The notes under the pieces were generated by a model, which saw nothing but the letters and a program-made list of their open reading frames with translations, was not told the DNA's origin and made no database searches. This document shows, one piece after another, positions 1 to 12,150 of a stretch of 64,000 nucleotides of DNA. The stretch comes from Lama guanicoe (lineage: Eukaryota). The stretch is taken from assembly GCA_013239625.1 (NCBI GenBank), contig MU053365.1, forward strand, positions 1,088,115 to 1,152,114. The letters run 5' to 3'. The stretch's first letter is position 1, and each line of letters opens with the position of its first letter. The position numbers were made by a program, and so were the translations under genes.

Positions 1-833
1 AGAAATGCAAATCAAAACTACAATGAGGTATCACCTCACACCAGTCAGAATGGCCGTCATTCAAAAATCCACAAATGACAAATGCTGGAGAGGCTGTGGA
101 GAAAGGGGAACCCTCCTACACTGCTGGTGGGAATGCAGTTTGGTGCAGCCACTGTGGGAAACAGTATGGAGATTCCTCAAAAGACTAGGAAGAGACTTAC
201 TGTACGACCCAGGAATCCCACTCCTGGGCTTATATCCAGAAGGAACCCTACTTCAGGATGACACCTGAACCCCAATGTTCATAGCAGCACTATTTACAAT
301 AGCCAAGACATGGAGACAGCCTAAATGTCCATCAACAGGTGACTGGATAAAGAAGAGGTGGTATATTTATGCAATGGAATACTACTCAGCCATAAAAACT
401 GACAACATAACACCATTTGCAGCAACATGGATGCTCCTGGAGAATGTCATTCTAAGTGAAGTGAGCCAGAAAGAGAAAGAAAAATACCATATGAGATCAC
501 TCATATGTGGAATCTAAAAAAACAAACAAACAAACAAAGCATAAATACAAAACAGAAATAGACTCACAGACATAGAATATAAACTTGTGGTTGCCAAGGG
601 GGTGGGGATAGGAAGAGATAGACTGGGATTTCCAAATTGTAGAATAGATAAACAAGATTCTACTGTATAGCAGAGGGAAATAGATACAAGATCTTATGGT
701 AGTTCACAGAGAAAGGAATGTGACAATGAATATATATATGTTCATGTATAACTGAAAAATTGTGCTCTACACTGGAATTTGACACAACATTGTAAAATTA
801 TAAATCAATAAAAATGTTTAAAAAAGAAAAAAA
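1..833 (+). mobile_element. Young LINE-1 3' end (ORF2 C-terminus, 3' UTR, A-tail), continuing beyond the window start
   Basis: [16 protein letters not shown]...[16 protein letters not shown] (ORF2 Cys-rich domain), premature TGA at 266-268, AATAAA and A-rich tail at about 807-833. Confidence 0.95.
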
Positions 834-2977
834 GGAGTATATCATATTTGGTTATCAAATCCATCTTGCTGTGATCTACACCCAATACAATTATGCCATA
901 GAGTATCTAGGGACAGAGAGAATTCTAAGCACTAGGTATAACTATCTTCAATCTACAGATGAAAAAACTGCGGTTCAGAGAGGTTAAACATTTCGGCCAA
1001 GATTACACAGCAAGCGCCTAGTATTACAACCACAGAGACATTCTCACTTGGCAAGAACTTTCGGCTGCATCACTCCAATACTTCTGCTTGGGTGCAGTGC
1101 CACTGTTTTCACTGTTTTCCTATTGCCAAGGGAACTTCCTTACTTTTTGAAGAAACCTCTGCTGCTGTCAATTAGGAGCCTTGCTGGAGGTGCCAAGTGA
1201 AAAAAAATACACATTCAGTACAGCCTTGCTCAGCTTGTGCTTAGTTGGCAATGGTAATGATGATGATGGTAATAATGACAATGACAATGACAACTGCTCA
1301 CCTTTCCTGGGGGCTTACTATGCGCCAGGCACTGTTCTAAATGTGTGACATGTATTAACTCATTTAATCCTCATGACAAATCCACGAAGTGGGTGCATAG
1401 GGCTTTTTATTAACAACAGTATTTTTTCACCTATTTTTTTTCCTGTGTGCCTTGTGGCACCAGTGTCCTCCGCTGTGTAGGGAAAGTCTCTCTTGAAGAT
1501 GAGTCCAGAAGATGGTGTTGTAACCTGGTATTTGCTCTCTCATTCTCTGAAATTACCCCCACGAGGCCTGTGTGTTTTGAGAAGTAAGTAAAAGTTCCAC
1601 AGTGACAATTACAGCCATACTCTTGGATTTCCGATCCCCTAGAAACCTGTACAAGGGAAATTCACAAGGTGATTCCAGCTATTTCTGTTCCTTCTTAGTG
1701 GGAGAACTGTCTGGATGTAAGGCAGAAGCATGCACAGTGGTTGAGAATCTCAGCTCCACCATTTCTTAGTGCAGGAGCTAAGGCAAGGCATTTATTGCTT
1801 CAGAGCCTCTCAGTTTCTCCATCTGTATAACAGGGATAATAGCATTCACCTTGGAGGATTGCTGAGGGGATTAGAAATACTGTATATAACACGCTTGACA
1901 CATTGAAGGTCGTCAGTCGTGGCTAGTGTTGGTATGACACGTGTGCAGCCACTCATTTGTCCTCCTCAGCATAAGACTTACTGGAGGATGCTCTTTCTTA
2001 AGATCACCAAACCTGAAATTTCTGATCATTTTTAAAGACCTGTATTACTGCCCAGTGATGGCACGTGAAATGCACAAAGTTGACTGGGAAGGGGAATGGA
2101 TGTTGGGTATTTCTTTTTGCTTTAGCTGAATCATCTCCTTTTCATGTTCTCTCCAGTCTGCTTTAGGTTGTTGTTGCCATTCCTAGCTTTTGGCTGTTCT
2201 AGAAGATGCTACACTTCCTACAATTCCCTGTTCTTGAACTTAAATTCTACCTTCTTCCATAACATACTTCTGAAGGCTTTGCTATTGGTGTTTCTAAGCT
2301 TGTTTGTCTCTTCAGCATCAGTTGGTCCATTTTCCCTTCATACTGCTTCCTCAAATCCCCTTTCTTCATCTTAAACTGATTCAGCCATGCTAGTTCATTC
2401 AGCATTTATTGATCACCTACTTGTAGCCAGATACTATTCCTAGCAGTCAGGATATAGAGATGAACCAGATGGACAAGGGCCGTGCCTTCATGAGACTTGT
2501 AGTCTAGTCAGGAAATCTACCTAATTTCTATTACTAATTTGGCTGAAATTTAAAACAATTCTTTAAAACAATTCTTGTGTATTATTTTGGACATTTTAAA
2601 CATTTGAGGGAAATATTCTAATTTATAGGGCAATGCCAAAGCTGTCAGAGTCCACAGTTTCCACAGTCCTGCTGCGTGCCTTTAAAACTTGTGCCAAATC
2701 TGTAAAATGAGAATAATAATAGTGTGTCCTTCACAGGGTTATTGTGAGGATTATGTGAGGTAATGCATGTAAAGTGCCTACCACGCATATAGAATAGCTA
2801 TTATTGTTCTAGAGCAATGTATTCCCATGTTGGCACATGATTCCCATGGAATCAATTTCTAGAAATAATATCTGGATTTGAACTAATTGTTGAAAAATTC
2901 AGGTCGTTAGAAGCTAGGACTTGGAGATTAAGATCTACAGTACTCTCCCTGTCTACACACTCCTTCCTTATTATGAA

Positions 2978-3585
2978 GAGCACTTTTACCCAGTCCTCTG
3001 TTGATGGACATTTAGGTTTTTTCCACATCTTGGCTACTGTGAACAGTGCTACAATGAACATGGGAGTGCTAATATCTCCCCAAGATTTTTTATTCTTTTG
3101 GAATAAATTCCTTGAAGTGGGAATGCTGGATCATATGATAGTTCTAGTTTTAATTTTTTAAGTAACCTCCACACTGTTTTCCATAGAGGCTGTACCATTT
3201 TGCATTCCCCATTAACAGTGCGCAAGTGTTTCAATTTCTCCACATCCTTGCCAAAACTTATTATCTTTGTTTTTTTTCTGACAATGGAACACTATTCAGC
3301 CTTGAAAAAGAAGGAAATTCTACAATATGCAACAACATGGATGAACCTTGAGGACATTATTTTAAGTGAAATAAGCTAGTCACAGAAAGGCAAATTCTGT
3401 ATGATTTTGCTTATATGAGGTATCAAAATAGTCAAAGTCATAGACTCAAAGAGTAGAATGGTGGTGGCTGCCGGGAAAGTGGGAAGTTACTAATCAGTGG
3501 TTATGAACTTTTAGTCAAGCAAAGTGAATGTTATAAATAAAACTTTAAATTTTTTTAATATAAAATAAAATAATAAAATAAATCA
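2978..3585. mobile_element. Older LINE-1 3' end with 5' inversion
   Basis: The minus-strand ORF2 piece (VQPLWKTVWR...MFIVALFTVAK...EDWVK) at about 2978-3280 abuts a plus-strand piece starting TMEHYSALKKKEIL that runs to an A-rich tail at about 3560-3583. Confidence 0.85.
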
Positions 3586-6500
3586 ATTTTATTGTTAGGC
3601 ACATGACCCCCTCCTAGGTATTCTCCCAAATGATCAGTTGATAACATCTCTGCCATCTGAGAGAGTGGGCTATTGAGATAGACATGGATTAGTCACCACA
3701 GTCCCCAAACACATTTTGCCAAGAAAATAACATCTGGTGAGTCCAAAGACCCATGGTCCAGCACACAAAACAGACTTTCACTGGTCCGTCTCAACCCGCC
3801 CCCACCCCCCACAGTGCTTACTCTATACCCACTCATACTGGCCCACCTCTCAGCGCCCACAAAGACTCACGTACTCTCTTGCCACTGGATCTTCTTACAT
3901 ACACACACCCAACACACACATACAAACAGAGAGAGTGGGGACCAGCATATAACAGTCGTTAAGAAAATACTTCAATGAATAAATGAAGGAAGTCAAGTTG
4001 TTCTGATTACACTGGGATAGGGAGTGTCCTGAGTCCCCTCCGTGATGGCTCTGGGACGTCTCCCAAGAGCACCATTGGATAACCACCAGATTGGAAGTTC
4101 CCTATGATCCTTCCCATATCTACCAGACTGCAATAGATTTTTTAAAGGGAAGAGGAAAAAGCAAAGTATTAATACTGCGGATCATCAAAGAAGTCAGTGT
4201 ATTTTGCCTCAGTCATTTTCATCAATTTACATTTCCCCAGGAGAGAAAAGAGGAGAAAGAAGGTGACTGGCCATGAGAGGGGTGAGAGGGATGCATGTTG
4301 ATCCCAGGACCTATTCTTTTTTTAGTTTGATCATTCACACCCCATTAATGGCTTGCACTGTATGAAGCGAGAGGATATTCCAGGCCACTGCCTGGTCCCC
4401 TGAGTCATATCTGCCCATGGCCATGCCTACGCCCATGCCCTGTTACTTGCCATCACATACCTAATCAGTGCCTATTTGAAGATCAAGAGGGAAAAACCTA
4501 TGGATAAGCAGAAGATTTTCAAGGGATCAGACTTGAGAGCATGAAATCCTTACCAATTTAACCCCAGCCAAGAGATAATTCTCTCTCTGGACATTCAAAG
4601 AAGTAGTGGTGATGAAATTGTGCTCCGAAGACACTTAGAGCCAATCACATTGGTTACCGAGTGGATGCAGCCCGGTGAGAGGCTTGCATGGTGAAAAAGA
4701 ATGCGTTTTCATTTGTGTTTCAGTCTCCAAGACTGCTTTAGTGGCTGAAGATCAGAAACTAAAAGTAGACAGGCAGGCATTATCTGCAGTTGAACTTTTT
4801 ACAACTGTGAATGCTGGAAAGGGCAAAATCAGATAGTTAGTGCAAGCCAGGGTCTTAAAGATAATGCGTTTACATCGAGACATCTTTCCCCTGAGACTTC
4901 CTTGGGGCCAGTGCCGAAAAATGCTCATGCTTTTTATACTAATCTTCCTGGCTGCCCTCAAGAGCATTTTATAAAGTGTTTTATATGTACTAGAAATCAG
5001 AAGAGTTACAAGTGGGATTCTGAGTGCAATGGTTAGAAACATTAAAAGCAATGATCACTCCATTAAAAGGCCTCCCTCATATGACCTGTCTCCACTGCCA
5101 ACTAGGTCAGTAACAAAAGCAGGAGTGGTCTCAGCAATACACAGCTTCACCCTTTCAGGCACCTGGTATAGCGCCTGAAAGAGCGCTACTGAAAGACACA
5201 ATATCATCTCTTGCTCAGAGCCTCTTTTCGAGATAGATGTTAATGTAATATTGGGTTTCCCTCATTACATAACATAACTATTTATTTACTCTTCAGTGAC
5301 TATTTTTCCTTTTCTCCATTTATACCCAAATTTTTCCACGTTTGGAAGGAACATTAGGTTGGGCCAGTGTGCTGGCAGCAACAGGAGTCTAGCAAGCAAC
5401 GGCAAAAGCAGGCAGCGATACTAGCCCATAAAGTCCCGGCCCCTCAGTCCACTCCTGTTCATACAGAGCCATGTTAAATAGGTGCAGCTAGTGGGCTGTT
5501 TCTACCACCAGGCAATACAGCTGAATTCACTGTTAGTCCCAATTTGGCAGATGGAATGAAGGTACATCCCACCCTAGCACGCCTTAGGAATTGTGACATA
5601 AAGGTGAAAAATACAGATACTGCTGAGACCACTCCTGCTCTTAGAATCTGACCAGTTTGAATAGAAGCCTGCAGACCTGAATGGCCTTGCCCTGGGAGAC
5701 ATTTTTGTAAGATATGATGACGGATTGAACAGTTATTAATGATTGAATGAGAGCCTAGTAATGTGCCAGTATCTTTTGCCTTGTATGATTGTTTTGCAGT
5801 GAGGGATCCTAAATTCCTTGCTTAGGAATCAACCCTGCTCCCAGGCCTGGCAGTTGCAGCCTTGGTCCTATGACCACTGCACCAAGTAAGGAAAAAAGAA
5901 ATGCTGTGGTGCCGAGGGGAAGAAAGTACACCAGCAGCTCCCTCAGCCCTTCTTCTGCAGATCCACCAGAAAACAGAATCGCTGCTCATATTCCTGTTGA
6001 GTGTGAGCACAGACTCATGAAGGCGTGTAACCCCCACTCTCATGCCCCTGTTCCTCCTCCACTTTAGACAACCAAGGTTTCAACTGCCCAGTCCAACTCT
6101 CTACCAAACTACTATTCTCAGACGCCGGGGAGCGCTCTCTACCCACTGGTGGGCATTATCAGCTGTAAAGCGGGCTTCTTGGTCTGAAGAAATCATGTGC
6201 AGCCGTCCAAGTTGCTGCACTATCTTCTGTTCCACACTCAGAGCATCTGCAACCACCCCGGGTAAGCAAAGCCCAGTCTAGGGTCAGTGCCTGTTCACGC
6301 CAGGGCCTGCCTGTAGTCCCCAGGGCTACCAGCATCAGCCTGACTTGCCAGCTATGCTTAGGGCCTTCCCACCAGGGAATCTGCCATCTGCAGTCTCTGT
6401 CTCTTTTGCTGGCAGAGAGAACAGTTCTTATTGACATTTGTGCCTCAGAGGGTGCAAGAGGGATATGTCCAAATTCAGTCCCTCTCCCCATTACTGCAGG

Positions 6501-8030
6501 CCCCCACTGTCCACTTATTTCCTGGATCCAGGTAACCACCTTGAGCGAGCACAGAGGGAGATCTGCCTGTCGATTCCAATCACCTTCCTAACCTGGAAGA
6601 GGATGTTTCTGATGAGCATCGACATGTCCTACTTTAATGCAACCCTCAAATTTCCACAGGGCTGTGCCCCACACGGGCATCCCTCTAATAGGCCAGGTTT
6701 CCATTGCCCTCCTGTGTGACCATATTGCCAGACAATTGGCCACTGCCCATGAGTCAGTAAGGAACCAAACATAGGGGCTTTTACCACTGTTCAATTCTTC
6801 CACCACTGCTGGGGAAACAGCATGCAATTCAGCCCACGGAGCTGATTCCTTTTTACCTTCTTCCATTGGAATGGTGGCCTCCCAGAATGTCATCCAATCA
6901 CCTTAGAACTGCAGTCCATAAACCAAGCAGTTCTTTGTCAAGAGTTGTTTATAGGGCACTATCCAAGTGACAACAGAATTCAGAAGCTCCTCACGCAGTT
7001 CCAGAGTCAGTCCCAGGGGAAAAGAGGCTCCCTGCTAGTATCTCCTCCTTGCATTCCCCAGGCAGCATGATCAATTTCCATTTTAAACATTAAGCATAGA
7101 AACAATTTCCATTTTATTTGGGAACTCTTCTGGCCAGTACCATCCCCATTGGAGAAACTGTTTCTCTAACATCACCCAAGACATTGTGAATATTTCAGGT
7201 TTTAAGATCATTTTATGTCCTTCAGTCATCAGGGTAGCTTTAATTAATAATGTCCAACAGCAAGGTCGTAAATGCCACTCAAATGGAAATTCTCTAGTTC
7301 AAAGTCCCAGTACTTGTCACTGGGAGGCACTGATGGGTTTTTGCCATAAGCTCCGGTCTACACTCTACTAGGGCTAGCACCCAGAGGATTTGTCCTTACT
7401 AGCACTCCAGCTTCTATTCTACACTGTGTGCACTCGGGCAATCTTACTAGTTTCCATTAAGCATGTCCAATTAACATTTCTCAGAAGGGTGGACTTACAA
7501 GCCTCCTGTTTTACAATACTAAGTAAGGGGAGTGTTTCCAAGCCAGACACAGTGTCCATCCCCGTAACACGATCAGGTGAAAGAGACACAACCACTTCAC
7601 AAAAAGCCGGTTCAAACATTCCAATTCTCCTACAAACGTTTACTTTTAACTCCATCAACCACTACATTCCTAGCTGTAGCCTCCTCCATTAGGACTTCCT
7701 TAACAGGCTTGGGTTTTACAATACTGGGTAGGGGAAGTGTTCCCCACCCAGACATAATATCCGTTCCTATAAAATATTCAGGTAAAGCTGACACAACTTC
7801 TGTACATAATACCTTTATATTTAATGTTCCAACTTTCATAATCCTATCAAGCCTTACGCTGTTACATTCTCCCAAGCTAATTGTAGTCGAGGTCAGGGCT
7901 TTATCATTGGGTTTTGGTACCACAGTTTGTGGAGCTCCTGGTGTCAAGGAATCCTGGAAGCTTCTCTTCTCCACCCCTGACCATTATTTTACCCACACTT
8001 GTGCAAAAGGCTTTGGGTCCCCAGTGAGGG

Positions 8031-8200
8031 TGTTATAGAGCAAAGTTTGCTGCCTGATGTGCTCAGAAGCCAATACAATAACACGGGCTTTTGAGAAAGG
8101 AAAAGGCTTGACTACAAGGCTGACTGGCAAGGAGACAGGAGGCATGGCTCAAATCTGTCTCCCCGATCTGGGGTTCGGTCAAACTTTCATGAGTTAGAGG
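8031..8200. mobile_element. Probable unrelated LTR fragment inserted in the ERV-L internal region
   Basis: Begins TGTTA and contains gcttttgagaaaggaaaagg...ggcaaggagacaggagg...ctcaaatctgtctcccc, resembling ERV1-type LTR ends. It interrupts the gag-pro region. Confidence 0.45.
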
Positions 8201-9322
8201 ACTACTACTTGTCCCCCTTCTCAGGATAAATAGACCTTATAGTGGCTTTTATCCAGTCCACCAAGCTGGCTGTTCCCTCAGAAATAACCTGTTTTGTGTC
8301 TGGATCATGTATAGTGTCAAAACCCAAATTGTGCATACTAAATAAAACAAAGCAGAAAGATGAGTTTATTGCAAGGCTTTTGACTACAAGCCGGGAAACT
8401 CAAGGCTACCAGAGCAGTGAGTTCCAAGTTGCTCAGTCTAAGGGATTCTTATGGGGTAAATGCTGAAGTTATTTGGCTTTTTCAGCTGATGGGCTGCCTA
8501 GTGACCTTCTTCCCTATTTGGATCAGGATAGCTGAGTCAGGGGAACAAGCCCAGAGATGGCATGAGCAGAACTGGGTTTTGGGGATGGGCTGGTGTTCTC
8601 TGCTGATTTCTGAGAAGAGCTGTAAATTCTTGCAAGTTCAGGTTAAGTTTCCTTTATGTGCCTGCATTGACCGTCTCCATTTTGTCCTTGACGTAAGTGA
8701 CTCCATTTTAGTTTGGTTCTACAACAGCCATCTGTGATTGTTCCATACTGATCTGTGGGTCCTATATCAAGCCAAATTTGCTCTTCCATTTTAGCATTCA
8801 AAACCAAAAACGCAGTTCCTAAATTAGTTACTCTCATGATTCATTTTAGTAAAGGTTCCTCACGAATCTGATTATACGAATCTACAAAATGAAACACCTC
8901 CTTCACGCTATACCCCCTTGTTTCAATAGTGTCTTGGTTTCGCTCTCCCCCTACACTGATTACTTTCTTTGTGACTAGAGGTCTTAGGGGTATTTTCTGA
9001 TGCCTCTATATAATTTTTCCTCTTCTAGGCAGCTCTGAGGCTAGTGGCACAAGCTCAGACTGACTCAAATCTGAGCTTGGTTTACGATCAAGGCGAGACC
9101 CAGCACCTTCTTTTACTTTTAACTTAGCTATTATAGATAACAGTAACCAAGGGATTTAATATTTTACCTTTAGTACCTGACTGCAGCACAGCTGCTGCTG
9201 CATACCACGGGTGACCACGTAGCCACCAAGAAATCAGTTTCCTCATCCCTCACCCTTTCATTCTTTTTCTTCCCAAACCACACGTTTACAAGAGCCAGGG
9301 CCTTTTTTTTTTTTTTAAGCAA

Positions 9323-9340
9323 ACCTCATTTCTGATACCA
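9323..9340 (-). promoter_or_regulatory. Primer-binding site (tRNA-Leu-like) of the ERV-L remnant
   Basis: TGGTATCAGAAATGAGGT a few nt 3' of the LTR end; resembles the ERV-L Leu PBS TGGTGTCAGAAGTGGGAT. Confidence 0.7.
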
Positions 9341-9348
9341 ACTAAAAA

Positions 9349-10216
9349 TGTCCAGATTCCAACTACAAATCATGGGGAGGAGGTGTTTCCCTACCAACAC
9401 CAAGCAATTCTCCAGACACCATCTAAGCGTCCTACAATGCAACTCAGTTCTTATACTACCCACCCAGGGACAGGATCAGATTCCACAGGTTAAGTGTTCA
9501 GTCTTACAAAACTGCCTCCCCACCACTTCAGATGCCAGTTTCAAGCCCAAATGATCACCTGTGTTTCTGACCAGCCAGTTGCAAATTGGAGAGTCCAACG
9601 ACCCCTTCCTCAGGTTCAATTAATTTGCTAGAGCAGCTCACAGAACTCAGAGAAACATTCTACTTACTAGATCATCAGTGGATCATAAAAGGATATAACT
9701 GAGGAAAATACAGATGAAAGGGATGCACAGGGCAAGGCATGGGGAGAAGGAGCAGAGCTTCCATGCCTTCTCCAGTCCCACCTCTCCCCCAGAACCTCCA
9801 CGTGCTCACCAACACAGAAGCTCTCTGAACCCTGTTCTTTCAGGTTTTTACCGAGGCTTCATTACATAGGCATGACTGACTAAATTACTGGCCATTGGCA
9901 ACTAAACTCAATCTACAGCCCCTCTCCCCTCCCCAGAGAGGGTGGGGAGGAGGGGCTGAAAGTTCCAACCTTCTAATCTCCTGGTTGGTTCTCCTGGCAA
10001 CCAGTCTCCTACCCTTAGGTTACCTAAGGGCTTTCCAAAAGTCACCTCGTTAACATAACAAAAGACACCTTTCCTTTATCACGTTTATCACAGGAAATTC
10101 CAAGGGTTTTAGGAGCTGAGAGCCAGGAACTATGGACAAAGAAGACTATGTATGAGAAATACATTTTGGTCATCTGAATGACCAAATGTATATTTCTTAT
10201 AAGTCACAATATCGCA
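9349..10216 (-). mobile_element. MER21-family LTR (5' LTR of the provirus remnant)
   Basis: TG...CA termini (TGCGATATTGTG ... CTGGACA). Blocks such as cagctcctaaaacccttggaat and ctctgagttctgtgagctgctctagcaaattaatt match my recall of the MER21 consensus. Confidence 0.8.
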
Positions 10217-10229
10217 TCAACCAAATAGA

Positions 10230-12150
10230 TCATTGCTGGTACCCAGAAGCCCCTATGTGTCCCCTCCAGATCATCATTGCTGCTTGAAGGATGTCACTAT
10301 CCTAAATTGTACAGTAACTAGTTCCTTGCTTTTCTGTATGATTTGACCATATATGTATACAGTTCAAATCTTTCAGTATAGTTTTCCATAGTTTCCAATT
10401 TTCTACAAATGGAATCACTATATGTTTCTTTTGATCTTACTTTTTTTCACCTAGCATAGTATTTGTAAGATTTATCTATGTTGGGCTTTGCTGTAGTTAT
10501 TTTTTTAAATTCTTTTATAATATTCCACAATTTATTAATATAATCTACTGGTGATCATCTTTTTTTCCACTTTTTAGCAATTTGGAATAATGTTACCAGG
10601 ACTATGAGCATATATTGATTTAGGGAATATACATAGGAGTAGGCTTACTGAGTCATAGTTGTACTTTATTTTCTACCTCATTAGAAAATGTCAAATTATT
10701 TTCCAAAGTAGTCATACCAGTTTTTATTCTCACTAAAAGTGATACCTCATTTTGTTTGGTTTGAATTCAGGATTTCTCACAGCCTACCACATGTGCCTAA
10801 TCTTCTAAGATCCCTGGGAATATATAAGAGCTCTTAAAGCCCCCTACTGACATGTAGCTTCTAGATCTTCCATTTGTATTTTGGGTTATGTTCTTGTTTG
10901 CCCCAACTGGTATCAGCCTCATGCAGCTGTGAGATTAAACAACTGCCATTCGTTTTTGGCAACTGTCCTAGGGTTAGGGCTTTTCCTGAAGAGTGAGCTC
11001 TGAGTCAGGTCAAGCAAAGACAAACCCTGTGAATAGGTCTTTTCTAGGGACCTTCCAGACAGGTCAGATAGTGATCATTCTCAGGGGATGAAACTTTTTG
11101 AGGAGTTAGAAAACAAGTGCACCCCTCCAGTGGCTGCAAGGCTGCTGGTTTTCACAGCTTCGAACAGTTGTGAGGCTACTGGTTTTCAAGGCTATCATGG
11201 ACCTGTGGAGAAGTGAGTGAAAATAGAAGTTTAAAAGCCAAAAGCCCCGCTGTTCTTAGTGAGATTCAGTGGTTTTTCTTGAACAAACACTCCTAAATTC
11301 TAATATTGCTGCAGCCCATTGGTTAATTTCCAGGGTTCTGGAAAAGTTGATCGTGATTTTTTTTTTGCCAATATTTCCATTGCTTCTATGAAGGGGCAGA
11401 TTTACTCTGTCATTCTGGACATCTCCATTTCCACATATGATTTTAATAGATACATCTTTTCAGATTAAAGTATTTTCTGGTATTCCTAGTTTGCTAAGAA
11501 TTTTTATCATAAAAGAATGTTTAATTTTATCACCTGAATTCTCTGCATCTATTGAGATGATCATATGATTTTTCCCCTTTAATTTGCTGATGTAGTGGAC
11601 TCCATTTTTCGGCTTTCCAATGGTAATTTTGTATTCCTGGGATACATTCTACATTGTCATGATGATTTATCCTATTTATGTATTCCTGAATTCTATTTGC
11701 TAATATTTGATTAGGGTTTTTACATCTGTTACAGTGAATGAGATCACCCTCCATTTTTCCTTTCTTTTAATGTTTTGTCCATCAGAATCAGAATCAAGCT
11801 GGCCTAATGAAACAAGTCAGAGAATGTTCACTCATTTTCTGTTCTCTGGAAGGTTTTGTGTAAAAGTGGAATTTTTTCTTGTTTGACTATTTGGTGGGAC
11901 TTGCCAGTGAAGCCATCTGGGCCTGGAGTTGTTTTTTTTGTGGGAAGACTCCTGATTAGTGATTCAATTCTTTGGTTTCTAACTCTTGTCAAATGAGTTT
12001 TGGTATGTTATATTTTCTAGGAATTCACCCATGTTATCTAAATTTTCTAATTTATTAGCATATAAGTTTTCATAATAATTTGTTGTTTTTTAAATATCTG
12101 AGGCATCTTTAGTGACATCTTTTTCACAGTCAATGATATTTATTTTACAA
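10230..12150 (-). mobile_element. Cluster of old L1M fragments
   Basis: T-rich strand; ORF 11530-11754 reads ILANRIQEYINRINHHDNVECIPGIQ (L1 RT region). Confidence 0.75.

Larger units (their letters stand above)
5080..9340 (-). mobile_element. ERV-L class internal region (MER21-int-like) with decayed protease, tether, RNase H and integrase
   Basis: RNase H motifs SAPWAELHAV, TDSWAVAN and VGHVDAH (6588-6893). Protease-like LDT.GA (frameshifted, ~7935-7950) and IGTDIM. Integrase-like WIQEISGQWG, IPWWEGPKHSWQV and SLVESWTGQLK. Many stops and frameshifts. Confidence 0.85.

Noticed and set aside
7577..8038. 153-aa plus-strand ORF
   Set aside because: Antisense to the ERV-L protease region; no independent coding evidence.
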